A DNA stretch of 64,000 nucleotides from Haliotis rubra. Lineage: Eukaryota. The stretch lies in the NCBI RefSeq assembly GCF_003918875.1, contig NW_025765753.1:1-64000 (forward strand), read 5' to 3'. The position numbers were made by a program, and so were the translations under genes. The notes below the pieces were generated by a model. It was not told the DNA's origin. It ran no database searches and saw only the letters and a list, made by a program, of their open reading frames with translations. This document shows positions 13,201-27,500 of this stretch, piece by piece; the first letter of the stretch is position 1; each line of letters begins with the position of its first letter.

Positions 13201-16200
13201 ATACGTCAGTCGCATTCCACTGCAGACGACAGTCAGCATTCCTCATTTGTTTTACAGACCAGCAGCTGAATATTGCCCAGCGCGGCGCCAAACAATCGTC
13301 CAAGAATTGTTCGTTCATGCCCATCTCGTTTTTCATTGAGTGTCTTCGTGGTATTTATATTAGCAAATGATGATATTACGCATTGATCGAAAGTTTACAT
13401 TTCAATTTCATTTTAAATCAACATTTGTCAAACCACCTTTTATCTGTTCACGGGATTTGTACCAGCGTTTCGATTGATTCAGGTCAAGCAGCCTTTGGGA
13501 TTCGAGATAAGTTGGTGACGACAATATAAACCATTATTTAGTTCCCACCATCGTTAACAGGCCGAGCCACCCTTCGTTTGTCGTTCGTCCGATCATCCAG
13601 ATCATCGCAGTCTCCATATTTATTACTGTGTCGTAACGGGGGTAACATCACCGACAACGAAATATTACGAGTGATGAAATGACGGTAATTATCTCATTTG
13701 TCGTTAGATGACCGAAGGTGAGCATGATCGCTTCGGTTGGATTTGCCATAATACGGCGTAGATCAACAGAAATGGTTTTCACATTCGTAAATTACGTAGA
13801 ATGGAACCCGGCCCCACAGCGTTCAAGTTACCCGATCGCCCCGACCAGCAGAATAAACTCCTTGTAAACACCAGGTCTATCTAAGAAAGTTACATTTATA
13901 TACGATACCGCCGCCGGAATATGTTCAAACAAAGCCAGTGGTCGTACCCTAATTGTTGAAGACACCGAACAATCAATACGGCAATCGCGCTTTCAATAAC
14001 AATAACCGGCTATCGTTGTTTCGTCCATGTTAGAGTCTGCTATCGTCACGATTGTGTTTTCGGCACGCCACCCAGATATCGCGATGTTTGTGCGGTGTTT
14101 GATGTTGTGAGAAGTATAAGTCTACGCAGCTCTGACTACGCGAACACAAAATGCGTTTCGCCATCATCTCAAACACGGTATTCAAACGATGTCTCAGCGT
14201 ATATATTCAAAACACATTCAAGCAGCGTGAATGTTTCGAATAGCTTCGGCGTCACGGGCTTCCGTGACGTGGACCGATTGTTGTCATTCACTTCAGCGTT
14301 CATTTATTCAGGTCTTCATTAGCATCCTTTATGTCCGGCCGCGACCACGCAGACGATATCGCACCAGAGCAGCGGTGATTTCAAGTCGATCCCGCATTCC
14401 AACAAATAATCTTCGAAGAGTCGACGACTCAGCGTTAAGACCACCAGCAACAGCGGACCACTGCAACAAGAAACGGTTGATGTTCGACGCCAAGGGAGTT
14501 ATTTATGACCGGTATCAACATTCAATAAAGCCTTTCGTTTAGCCTTTGTAAAGCCGCGCCGAACTGAACACAGTAAACACGACCATCAACTAGACGAAAA
14601 CAGTTCATTGATACAATATCACAAATTCAGATTGTAACATAATGGGATACCGGCAGAATCGTCGCACAGAACGTTCGTTGCGGTCGGCCATACGCAAATG
14701 AAATGATTGAAAATAGCAAGCTTCACAAACAAACAGACAGACAGACAGACAGTATGGGTGTCATCATTTCGATGTTTGATGCCGGCAAAACCAGCACGGG
14801 TCACAAGATGCCAGTTCGAAGTTGCAGGCTTCTGTGCACGCACAACATAGCGTTCTCAATAAGGAAAAAGTATAACACTTATCAAAACATCATCCCAGAT
14901 TTATCATCAAGATCAATCTTTCGTCAATATATGTTGCGGAAACATTTATCCGGATGCATTTCCAACACGTATCAATTTAAATGGTATCTTCAATCACTGG
15001 CGATGCATACAATATGTCGTAGTCTGAAATATAGCAGCATATGCCTCGCCACCATGCCGCATCTCGCTTCCATGGAACCTCCGAACAGAAGAAACGCACG
15101 TTTTCAACTATCAAAACAATTACAACGATTTTGCCACGAACACCGTGTTTACCGGTTGCGCACCCGAAGACAAATACGCCAGCACCATCCGTTATCAGGT
15201 TCCGGTATCTAAAGCAGCCAGTAATAAAGTACTTCCACGAAGGTACCGTTCGCCAACATTTACGCTGTTCCGGTCATTAGACCGGTTAATCAAAACGGCA
15301 ATGCCAATGTAACAGAACGACAGAGGACAGCCGTGTTCGTTTCTCAGATCAAACCTTTCTTCATTATTCGATAATTGATTTAACATGAACACCTTTCCTT
15401 CACATTGATTTAGCGATTTGAAAATACCCGTCTTTAATACGCTTCCATAGCCGAGATTCAGCCGGGTTATATCGCCGCCAGAATACGATAACAGAGTTAA
15501 ACAGAATGCCGGTATCAACTACGGCATACGCAACGTTGTATTCCAACTTGTTATAACAGCGATGCGATTGAAAGACAAGAACAATAAATCAATAAAAATA
15601 AGACGCCAGTCGTACAGACGATGTGCTTTATATGAATAATGATCTACCAAACTGGCGACCTTTTTCAATCATCAAAACGGTTGATGGCCAAAATGTTTGC
15701 GCCCATAGAACACGTCCATTTCACCTTTTGCGCGTATCCAAGACGCATGCATATCAGTTCGGTACTTACCTGTCAACGCGATGTTCCAGATATTCAAGTT
15801 ACCGTTTCCCCTTCGATAAATAATTTGAAGAAAGGGATCGTCGTTAAAGAAAACAAAACGAAAACGACTGGCGCATACAATGAATGTTTGAAATTCGTTG
15901 AAATCGACGATCGACGCCTTCTTAGAATGACACCCGGTCCCGATGAAGGATTGGCGTATACCAATATTGTCAATTTTGAGATAACGATTTCAGCAGATTC
16001 AATAGAGCATCAGTAACGGTCTACTGAGTGCTTCCATGGAAGGTTCGAGATAAGCAAACAAACGACGTTTGATCTGCTAGCGGCTTCGTTGAAATGAAGA
16101 ATTGTTTCATGATCATCATTACGGCATCACGAATAGATGTTCGATTACCGTTCGATATTGCTTCGGTTACAGTTGCAAAGCGAATATATAGATGCTCAAA

Positions 16201-16419
16201 AATAGGCCATTTGCTCATCACCTCTCATACATCTCATCATCAACGTCAGTCAAGTGAAAATGTTGACGAAAGAAAATCATTACCTTGTTCATTCGTTGAA
16301 TTGAATTTAGTACCCACCATATGTACTTCAAAGTTTATTGAATTTCAACCGCATTTTACGTTTGTTTTGACATTCGTAGCCTTTATGAAGTCAATGAATA
16401 GCGAAATTATCACTGAATG

Positions 16420-17250
16420 CAGATTATCCGCTTCACCAACCGAGAAAGTCGTTGAAAATCAAGATGGAAGAAGCGCTTATCGGTCATCTTCGTGACCACG
16501 GCATCAATCCGGCACGAACGAATAGTTCGCCCGCAAGCCGTCGCACCACCCAGTGCTCGTGAAAGCGATTTCCAATTCCGCCACCAAAACCAGGTTAACT
16601 TCAATAAGATACGATCGGGTTAAATCCGGCGATCTGAGGTCAGGAGCACATTGCCGCCACAAATTTTATGACGCTTAGTGTGCTGTGGGGCCTGAACCTG
16701 TTGAACAACTTCCGGCATCAACGATTGAAAGAGGGGCGTAGATTGCGTCAGACGTCTGATCATCAGCTTCACGGCAGGTGATCATCGGTCATTCTTCACA
16801 GCAGAATTCGCTCACCTGTAGCAGTCGGCGAAATGTCGCTCGTACATCCGCATTCTTCCATCGCGTCGTTCGTTAGAAACGTGACTATCATCGAACCGAT
16901 CGGTATATTCGAACGTTGGTTTCGACGACGCTGCCGTCGAGGTGTTATCGTAAAGTTCACCCGCCACGACTGAAATGGCGAAGCTGCATACCGATTTATG
17001 GTGACGCAATCGACAGCGATCCAATGCCAGTATCGCCTGAATGCTCACGAGGGCATTCAAGTCGCATTCGCCGGCGACATTTTCAGATGTGAACATTACG
17101 CGTCGGGCAATGGCACGTTGATATTGCGTCAATGTTAAAATGCGAAGAAGACGGTTGCTTCACCGACGCATTTTGCGCTCCTCGCCGAAATACAGTGAAT
17201 AATTTGTCATATCAGCGATCAACCTTTCATACCATCATTGAGACCGCCCG
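16420..17250 (-). other. Garbled mirror of the Tc1 transposase
   Basis: ORF 16812-17132(-) retains QRAIARR and ERRDGRMRMY...HFAD, matching QRAVARR and ERRDGRMRVY...HFAD of the 45294 ORF. Confidence 0.88.
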
Positions 17251-20200
17251 ATTTCCGTCCACGCGCACGTACGAATTCGTGGCTTCAGACATTGTTGACG
17301 AAATCGAAATCATGCCAAAATAGCACGCCTGGTTTTCGATGGTGCGTTTGTTGGTGATGCTCAACATAAACGACTACAGATTACAACAGAAGCAACCTTT
17401 GCAAAACGAATGCCTAATTGATTACGAAACGTTACTACGATGCTCAGAGCATATGATGACGAGCAAACGCTTTAACACTGCTGCTTGCGCCTCATCGTTT
17501 AGGACCCGGAAGTCGACACCACATGTTGGCGAGTGCATTTATCGATGTTCCGCCTATTGAACATTTACAAAGCGGCGTAAAACCATCATCAGTCACCATA
17601 TTGCCTGCAGTTCCCGATTTCATACCAAACACCGTCCACATTCAGTACGTTGCTCAACACGATAACCAAAACATACGCATCCGTCTCCGTTTAACAGCGG
17701 AACATACCCGTATAATCTCGATCGCAGTTTCGACGCGACCGACATGCAACAACAGGCATGAAATATTCACATTCCCGAAGCCTTGCGCCTTCTTTGAAGC
17801 TCCCTTTACCAAAGCATCTGTTATCACAAAATATCTGGAATGTCGAAACAAAGGCATCAAATCGTGAAAGAAACAGATCACGTATCGACGATTCCAGGAA
17901 CAAGGAAGAGAAACCATCGAAAGTACCGCAGCCAAAATATTTGCGAGGCAGACTCACAAACCGGAAATATGGCGACATTGCGCCAGCGACGGCTTCGGTA
18001 GATCTTGTCGTGCATCGGTCAATAGAATGGGTTCACCTGCCAGATCGGCATAGACGAATCATCTATATCATTGTTCTGCAAAACCAACCAGGCGTCGATC
18101 GAAAGAAGAACGATGCCGTTGGAACATTGTTGGTTAGCATCATCATTTTCGGGTATGAATGAATCCGTTTTTTTGTCGTTCATCCGAAAGCTCATCATTA
18201 ATAGGTTTCGATTATTTAACAATAGCGTGAAGCCCATTTCGCAGCCCTTCGCCGGAACATTGCTAATACATCGCAACCAACCAACCGCATCGATCGTTAG
18301 CGAAAGAGTCGACGGGAATCGGGTGAATAAGCGTTTTATCAATATGTCATCGCAATCCTACGATCGTTAAAGCCGATCGTCAATAGCCCGTTCATAGATC
18401 AATCGTCATATAGCCGAACGCGTCCGCATCATCATCATCAGTGTTATGACAAATATCTTCGATATCAACATAACCGAAGCGATCGAAGAATCAGTATCCG
18501 GGTGCCGAACCGTCAATTACGCGTTAACGTATGGCAGTGGTGAGCGTAGTCAACATGAACAACGATCAGCGAATATGATTGTTGTCAATTTATCAATCAA
18601 CCGGAATCGTCGGTTTGCGGTTTTCGTTATCGAAAAAATATTCGGTCTGGTGATTGTTTGAATATCGACTACGCTGTTCCTGTTAAAGCCTTAACATAAC
18701 GACATCAAAGAATTCGTCAGTGCATGACGCATACGAACCAGTTTCATCGAACCGCGTTATGACGAAACTCAAATTCAACGTACAAGAGCCCCGAAGCCAG
18801 TCGACAGTCCGAAACAGTTGCCCGCAGCTCCGATCGTCAGTAAAATCGAAGAAATCAATCTTCATATCTTTTGATATTTTGTCGATGAATTTCTTCAAAG
18901 TAAAATATTCCAGACCATTAGTTCACTGAAGCGTATGGTGATAAAACATGTCGTCAAACGGGATTGCGCCCGTTCAGAATATTTGCAACGCCGCGTAATA
19001 TAGTTCTGAAAACGTACGATGTCTCTCGATACGCTCGTCATTAATCAATAAACATGGCCGTTGGTGAAGATCTCGAACCGGCAATCCAGACTTCAACAAT
19101 AATTCCCAGACCGCACGGCCGCATTGGGCATATTTGTTTGAAATATCCGTACATTCTAATAGAGGGCAAAGTACCAACACAAAAGATATTATAAGTCAGT
19201 CTGATAGTCGCTTTCAGCCGAGCGGTCTGATTCGTGCTACGAAAGTACAGTTAGACAACAATGCATCGTTTTAAAGCGCCTGACACTGCCGCGTTGTTAT
19301 AGTTGGTAACTTGGTTGCGCAATAACGACAATCACAACATTCCAGGACGAAAGTATCTTCATAAGTACGAGCCTGTAGATAATCTCCAGGGTAAGCAGTA
19401 TAGTAGCAATATAGTACAGTGGCAGTAGCAATGCAACAAAGCAACAAATATGCGGTATAAACCGGTACGTTGAATATAAACGCCTCGCGTAAAATCATTT
19501 GAAAGCAACATACGACATAGCGGTTCATAGTACGCGTCAAATACCATAGCTCCAACGCCGAGTTCCGGTTCGATCAGTTTCGAAACTCGCCGCGATATTG
19601 CAAATAGTTACAGCAAAGCGAACATCACCATCAACAATGCGAAAGCAAGTTTAGTTTACCACCAGCAATACTTCGTTATGGCGGCGGTTCGTAACAATCA
19701 TCTGAATAACCAGTGATCAACCCAAATACAATGAAAGAAGACGGAGATATCATAACCAAAATTACAAAATATGAAATATTCATTCCCAAATCCATTTTCA
19801 GGATGCAGCAGTACCAGCCAGTTTCGTCGTTTGTTCGTTTGCTTCAGCAACAGTTGTAAACAAATGCGGGCGAAATATCGTTCATCAGACGCCAATAACG
19901 AGGGTTTGTCGATAACTTCATTAACAACAAAACCGTCAGTAATCACAACGTTCGTTAATCAATAAAAGAAGCAATCGACGAAGTTTCAGGCCTCAGTAAC
20001 CCAAATATTCATATCACGGATTGTGAGCCTGCGTACCCGTTACCTTTTCCAACCAAACATAGCAAACACGTTTGTTTCCGTTCATCAAATATTTGATTTT
20101 ATCATCAAAGAATATTCTTTCGTTCATCGATACTTTTCGAAAGCGTTGATAGACGACCATAATCAAACCTTCAACAGATGCCTGGGGATTATACCCATGT

Positions 20201-22649
20201 TTGTGCCACCGCTGACCCAGAAAGTCAACAACTATTTTGGCTTAGCCGAAACGTCGTCGAGAAGGCGAAGGAAGCCGTTAAGCCCTTCATGCCGTCAATA
20301 TTGTGAAGACGAAACAATCAAAGTGACACGGTCATGAAGGAACAGCATCGGGTTAGGCGATCACCGACGTGCCGTTGCAAAGGAGATGATGAGCGATGCC
20401 TGATCATCGTCGCTTTTCTCCGTCAAAGAGAAGTCATTCTGGCGCTGTTTGTTCGAAATGAAATGAACAGTTTTCTATCTAATCATAATAATAACACAGC
20501 GGTTTCAATGAGCGTAACGACGTTCACCAAAGAAAGTCCGGACGCAATTTTCCGCCAGTTCTTTTCGTCAAGAATCAAGCACGCGAGCGTTAATATTTCG
20601 CGTTCATCATCACGCCATTGATGCAGTCCGAAAGGCATATAACAGACCCGAAAGAATTTTATCCACGCGAAACAGCACTTGTGGTGCCGATCGTTTCAGT
20701 TCTTCTTCACCATATATTTACGATCATACCGACCGTTTCTTTGCAAAACACGTTCATTTCAGAGACCAGGATGTTAAGTCTTCAGAAATTTCGCATCATT
20801 CGGCAGTGGAAGCACCGCATTGATCCATGCACACGTGTTCCTCGATACCACAAGCACATTTAGCTGCGTTACGCCAATACACTCGAAGCATCAAAGCCCA
20901 TGTTCTGTCGCGGCAAGTCTGATTTCAAAGAAAATGAAGAAGTTCAGGTTCTCATTATATACTTTGTTTTTGAGCACCAGTTGTTATTGTGCCGAGAGAA
21001 GGCGAATCAATTTCAGATACCGTCACTATAATATTCAACGGTTCATCCGGCAACTGACCATATGTCACGTCTGGTCAGCCGGAAAGTGCCAGACCGGTTC
21101 GGATCATCGGTGTACTGTTCGTATAAGTCGCTTTAAAGGAAAGTTATCCGATGGAAAGCAGCACACGACGCAGACATCAGTCAAGGGAGCAGGCAGTCTT
21201 TGCCAGCAAAGCCACGCCGAAGATTCGGTTCAATCATTATGAGCAAATAATGCGAAGCCCACGTCCGCCGAAGGCCCGCAATGAAACCATCAATTAATAC
21301 CACCGTCAAAATGGTCGATTTATGGTCATCATGAAAGGCAACATAGAATAATGTTTATATCGCAGGCGACATGTTCCGGTCGAGTCATCACATATGAAAG
21401 CAACAGCAACACCTGAACGAGCCGAACATGCCTTCATAATCAATTCACAGGTTTCCAAAAACGACTCAGGCGAAGTCAACTGCTTTGCAGAAATTTATTA
21501 ACGAATAAATTTCGTATTTGGTCAATATCGCTTCAGCAAACAAAACTCCGTGAAACAAAGTTAATTGAAGCGGTATGCTCTAGGTGATAATCACTAAAGT
21601 TTCTAATCACATTCATCACGCCTTATGATTTATTCATTACATGCAGCAATATATTTCAGCTTGGTTCAAAATCTCGCGCCAGTCTATAGCAGCGGACAGA
21701 CAGTCTTCGATTCGGTTGTAATATTAGTTAATAATACCACGGAACAGATTGTTACCTGCTCGACCGTTTCCGGTTTCATATGTGGGTGAAAGGGTTCAAT
21801 TCAGTTGGTGAACTGATTTAATGGAGGTCACGAATAACGGTGATGATATACCATGTAACATGGTGCATGCAGCATTTGGCGACACAGGTTAAGATGGCTT
21901 TTTCAGCGAGGGCAATCATCGTCATTGAATGTTTCTGACAGGGACAAAGATGTCGATGGGGAAATGCGAAGCGGCGCCGGGTGAATTGCTTCGTCTCGAA
22001 TATGCTATCATTTGATAGAAAATCAATAAAAGACATCGAACGTAGACTCTGTTCAGTTGAACCTTTGAAGACAGAAGTAGGGTTTACAAAGCGATAATGC
22101 GGCGTCGGAGCGGCGTGGTGCCGTTTCAGATCAGCTGTGATTCGAGTTCTTTGTGAAACCAATAATTTCCAGAACTTCGCATATCAGCGTTTCGAAAAAT
22201 GTTCGTAAACGTTTTCGAATTAAACCGCAGTTTTGCGCCAACATCTATACAATGCCCATAATGGTTCAATAAAACCGTCGCCAGTCTATACATGCGACGG
22301 CAGAGACACGGATTACACGCATGTAATGTACCGGTGAAATATTATCGGGCTCTTCCGGGGAAAGTGATTGCATACTTTGTTCGCTTAGTAGCCACACGTT
22401 TCGAAGATTATATCACGCCGGTCACAGCCATCGGTTTTCGGCACAAAACCGTCACAGTGAAGCGGGTGAGTTACAGTGCAATAACCGCCGCCAGTCTCCC
22501 GAATATACATACTTCTGATAAGGTCAGTCAAGCCCATTGAAAGAGTTCACCGAGATCAGCGCTCCAGGCAGCAGTATTCGGTGAGCATGGTCGCGCCGAT
22601 ACCAGCATACCGAATAATAAAGTCAATGTGAATGAAAGTTGTCTCAAGC

Positions 22650-24500
22650 CCGGCCACCGGCGCCGGTCTTCGCCCACCTCAACAAACTTACCGGTTCACG
22701 TTTCACCGCCCTCTTTCTGCCGCTTCACCGGCATCTCTGTCTTCACGCACAGACTCGCCGTACCACTCGCCTTCTGTTCATTTTCACCGTTTCTGCTGGT
22801 TCATTTCACTGCCTGCTTTCACAGACCTCGTCGTCTTTCACTGTCTCTTGTTGTTCACGTTCTTCACCGCACTTCGTTGATCTTCACGCCCTGGTGTCTT
22901 CAGCACACAACATCAGCCCAGTATTTCAGTTTATTGAGCAGCTTTTAGCATATAATGCACATTAAAGAAGATCCGACCAGACGATCCATCATTCAGTTGA
23001 TTAATTCGTTATTCATCACCATCAGACGAGTCCATTCGCCAGTTCCAGCCATTCATCAGTTCTGTTCAATGTTCATCAGCATCTTCACGTCGATTGTGAC
23101 TTCTGTTCGATTCACGTTCTGTTCAGTTCACGTTAATTTGCCACGTTCATCATTCACTTCTGTTCAAATATCTTCTGTTCATCATTTCGTTAATTGCCAT
23201 CAATCTTGAAACCACGCCAGCCTTCAGTTAGCCGTTCGTCGACCTTTGTTTTGCTTCATCGTTCACGTTCCTGTTGATCGTTCATCATCTTGTTCACGTT
23301 ATCAGTTTCGTGGCACTTTGTTGATTTCACGTTCTTAATCGTCTTCACGTTCTTCACCACGCCATTGTACTTTCAATTTCACGTTCCAGATCTTCACGCC
23401 TTTCGTCTTCACTTCGCCTTGTTGAAACGCCACGTTACCAGACTTTGTTCACGTTCAGCCCTGTTACCAGATCTCTGTTATCTTTCACGTTTTCAATCGC
23501 CGTTCAACGCCGTTTCATCTCTGAAACAGCTTCTAAAGTTGTCTTCAGTTCTTTGAAACCACGTTACCGTTTCGTACCACGTTCAACAAGCCTTCACTGT
23601 TCGCCACGTAGTATTCCCGTGTGCTGAATCTTCGTCTTCTTTTCTTCACCGCATCTTCTTGTTTTCACGTTTATCTTCACTGCACCTTTCTGTTCACGTT
23701 CTTCACTGTTCATGTTCTTTCACCGCATCTTTGTTCACGTTCATTGTTCTGTTCACGTTCACCGTACCGTTCACTGTATCTTTCACGTTCACCGACCTTT
23801 GTTGTTCTCTTTGTCTTTCACGCTTCATTATCACTTGAAACGCCACGTTCGTTTCACCGTACTGAATTGTTCTTCAAAGAACCAATGCCACCGCCTTCTG
23901 TTTTCACAAAACGCACTTCTGTCTTTCAACAGAGAAATATCTTCACGTTCATCAGCTTCGTCTTCGCTTTCGGTCACCGCAGCCGAATTGTTCGTTCACT
24001 TTGGTTCGCCGTGCGTTGTTCATCAGCCTTCGCGATCTTCACGCCACTGTTCACGTTCATTCGTCTTCTTAAATAGTTCGTCGTACAGTTTCTTTTGAAA
24101 CGCCACGTTTCACCGACCCTGCGCCACGCACTGTATTTCACGCCGACTGATAATGTCTTCTGATCAGTTTGCGTTAACGCCACGTTCAATACCGCACACG
24201 CCATTCGTTTGTCTTTCGCTTCACTTCAGTTCTTTGAAATACCACGCCATTTCGTTCAGTTCTTTGAAACGCATGTCGGTTTTCGTTTCAGTTCCCGTAA
24301 AATAATTCACGTTACCACCACGTTCACTGCACTTTATCTTTCATCGCACTTTTCGGTTCACGTTTCACTTCATCACAGTCTGTTCTTCGTCGCACTTTCT
24401 GTTCACGTTTTTCAATAAGCCGTACCACGTTCACCATTCTCTAGCCCACGTTCGGTACCACGTTCTTCATCAGCCGGTTCTTCGCCGTACGTCATCTGCT
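22650..24500 (-). repeat. Garbled, compressed mirror of the 32-bp minisatellite
   Basis: Dense ttcacgtt/tcttcacc words are the reverse complement of the satellite core. About 1.85 kb here versus about 3.57 kb on the right arm. Confidence 0.88.
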
Positions 24501-27500
24501 CGTTAAATTTGTTCGCCTTTGCTTTATCTCGCGACGACCAACGGGGATCGGGTGATTGCCGCCGTACCGATATCATTATCTCTCAATAGGAACGACGCCA
24601 TGATGTTGATTGAATAATTCCGTCCGGTGACCTTTATTTATGTTGAATACGTTTGTTCGGCGTTATAAATCAACCAAGAACCTACCGTCGCGGTCGTCGG
24701 TCGTCGTAGATGAAACAAACGTCAGTAAGAAATAACCGGTGTTTCATTTACCCGACATATCCCGTGAGAGACGGGTGAACACCCGTAATTGTCGTGGTGT
24801 TGTTTTCATCTTCCAGAAAGAAATATCGACTTCATCACGTCATTATCGTTCCTCGCATGGTTAACGCAGTATTCCTGTTCATGTTTCGAGTTTCACGGTT
24901 TTGTTTTCAGCGTCAATACGTTAATACTGATTCATATGGGAAGGGAACCGTTTTCTGCGAGATTTGTTTATCACGCCAATCACGCCAAGACTACTTTTGC
25001 ATCCCGAAATAAGCGTTTCACCTTTGTTTACGATAAAGTTCGTTTTCCCGAAAAGAATTCATTCACCGTGAAGCTGGCAGAATCAAAACGAGGTGATCAA
25101 TGATCGAGAGCTGGCTGCCGATTGTTCGCGTATCGATGTTAATGTTGCCGACCGATCGGAAGGTCGCTCAGACCGATATTTACAAAGGCTGGAATATTAA
25201 ATGAGCATGGCGTTAAAATTAATTTCAAATGCCTTTCCGCTGAAAAACATGTTATGTCGGTTGGTGATAAGCGATTGCGTTAGATGTTCGATCATGATCA
25301 ATACGTTTAGCTGGTCGTAAGCAGCTGAAGACGTTAAAATAAACACTGGCACGCGTCTTCAGTCGCATTTATCGAAAAGAAGTCGGTTTGTTCGCTGGCA
25401 TAACTTTGTCTGTGCCATATTGTAAAATCGTCAACCGTATGGTAGGTGACCGATTCGTACCGGAGAAAGTCGACAAAGGCGACAAAAGATAGCCGATCGA
25501 TCGATCTTCGACTTCGAACTGCATAAAAATGTAAGTTCGACCGTTTAAGCTTCAGCAGTATACGAGTGTAGGTAGAACTTAAAATATTTATTTCAGCCCA
25601 AATTGAAATAGCATGTTAATCATAACATAGCAAAAAATCAATATACGATTGCAAAAGTTCAGATTTTATTTTAAAACTATTGTCCGCAAAACAGCATAAA
25701 TGTTTTCTTAAAGGTACGCAGGTAAAGCTTTGTTTGAAGAAAGACACCGAAGCATTGGTGTTTGCCATATGGCAGCGGTGTGTAATATCGAAAGTTCGAC
25801 CGACATGTTCAGGATTTCGATCGGTTATCGGTATCTGAATACCCGAAGACGTAGGGGCATTAGCGCGAAGATTACGTTTGTTTTCAAAGGATAATAACAT
25901 TCGCGATCAAACCCGGTCTCGAGTATTCACGTAGATTCTCAACTTCTCGACAACGGCGTTCTATTTAAACAAATACTTGTCGAATCCAGTGATTCTTAAC
26001 ATTACGAACATTGTTTTGCGTCATTGGGATTACGGCCGTCGATCAGGCGTTTCTTTGTTTACGACGTTTATCCGGATCTGAAGTGATTTTATTACCCAGT
26101 TTAACAAATATAATTTTCGTTATATTCGATTCAACACAGCACGTTTATCTCGACCAACCGCCACAAGATTTTAAAACAATACACAAATTGTGCCGGAAAA
26201 TCAGAGGTATATAACGCCGAGACCTTCGAATGACTTCTTAACTGATCAATTAACCAGTATTTGCCGAGTGGGTATCATCAGGTTTTCAGCCAACCGAATA
26301 CTCGAAGTGCTTCATGAAGGTTTCTCGATAACGGTAACAGTTTATTTGTTGTTAATAGTCGGTATCAATCAGCATTCAGTTGATACAGTATTACGGCAAC
26401 ATAATAAATCGGTATAGTAGGTGGTTGCATTTTCATATTGCGATATATTATACGTGAAAGAGCGTATTGCGGAGCGTACGCAACATATTGCATGAAAGAA
26501 ATTAAACACTGGTTTTCATAATCGAGTTACTTCATGATGAGCAACAACAACAGGCTTTATTTAATAACAACTTTAATCATGATAAAATATAACAATATAT
26601 AATAGTCGAATAAGGATATAACGAACATTTCCGAGTGTTTATTTTCCTTTCGACGCAAGTCGGTTTTGATCAGCGTAATGCAATGTTTTCATAGCCCGAA
26701 CCGGTAAATACCGTGGTAAACCGAAAGATATTGCGGCCCTGAGACAGTCGAAGAATGTTACGCCATTCGAATACGAAACGCATAATGTTATGCTCGTGAA
26801 TGGCGGTGAATATCTTCATCGGAATAGTCGCCGGCATATGTTCTTATTGCGCCGTCAGTAACTTACTGGCGCTGGTGCAAGCATATTCGAAATACAACAC
26901 TGGCCCGGAATGTTGTTTATATCGGCCACCGATGGTTCGAACATTTGCAGGTTCACTGAATATGACTGTTATGCCGTGAGGTTGCAATGGCCTGCGAACA
27001 GAACACATGGTGTCGGCTCATGTCGCCATAGTTCAGCAAAAGAAGATGGGTCAGTTCTCAATCGTATTCTTTTTGCTTCAGCCAGGTGATCAATGGTCAT
27101 CGAAGATAGTGCTCCAGTTTGCGTCGCTCTCCCCTCTATTATTATCCGTTTAAACATACCGTAATTGAATGAAGCCGTCGTAGCGAGCGTACGACCGTTC
27201 GACATTTGCCGCAAAGAACATGTTCACGCCACGCCAACATTATCTTTAACCTGGTTTCGCGAGAAATCAATCACTTCATCCAGCACATGCGACGATATCA
27301 AATGGTTTCATACCGAGGTGAAATGAATTTTCTTCAAATGCTTGAAACGGCAAGTTGAATTTCCGACCGGCGTAGATACCAGCGCGCGTAGTGAATAACG
27401 GACTCGTTAAGCCGTAAGCCACAGTAACGCACGCGAGATGTATCGCGGCGTCTTTCACAATGCGAAACGCCGAAAACCGATATCATGATGCCGTAATAGG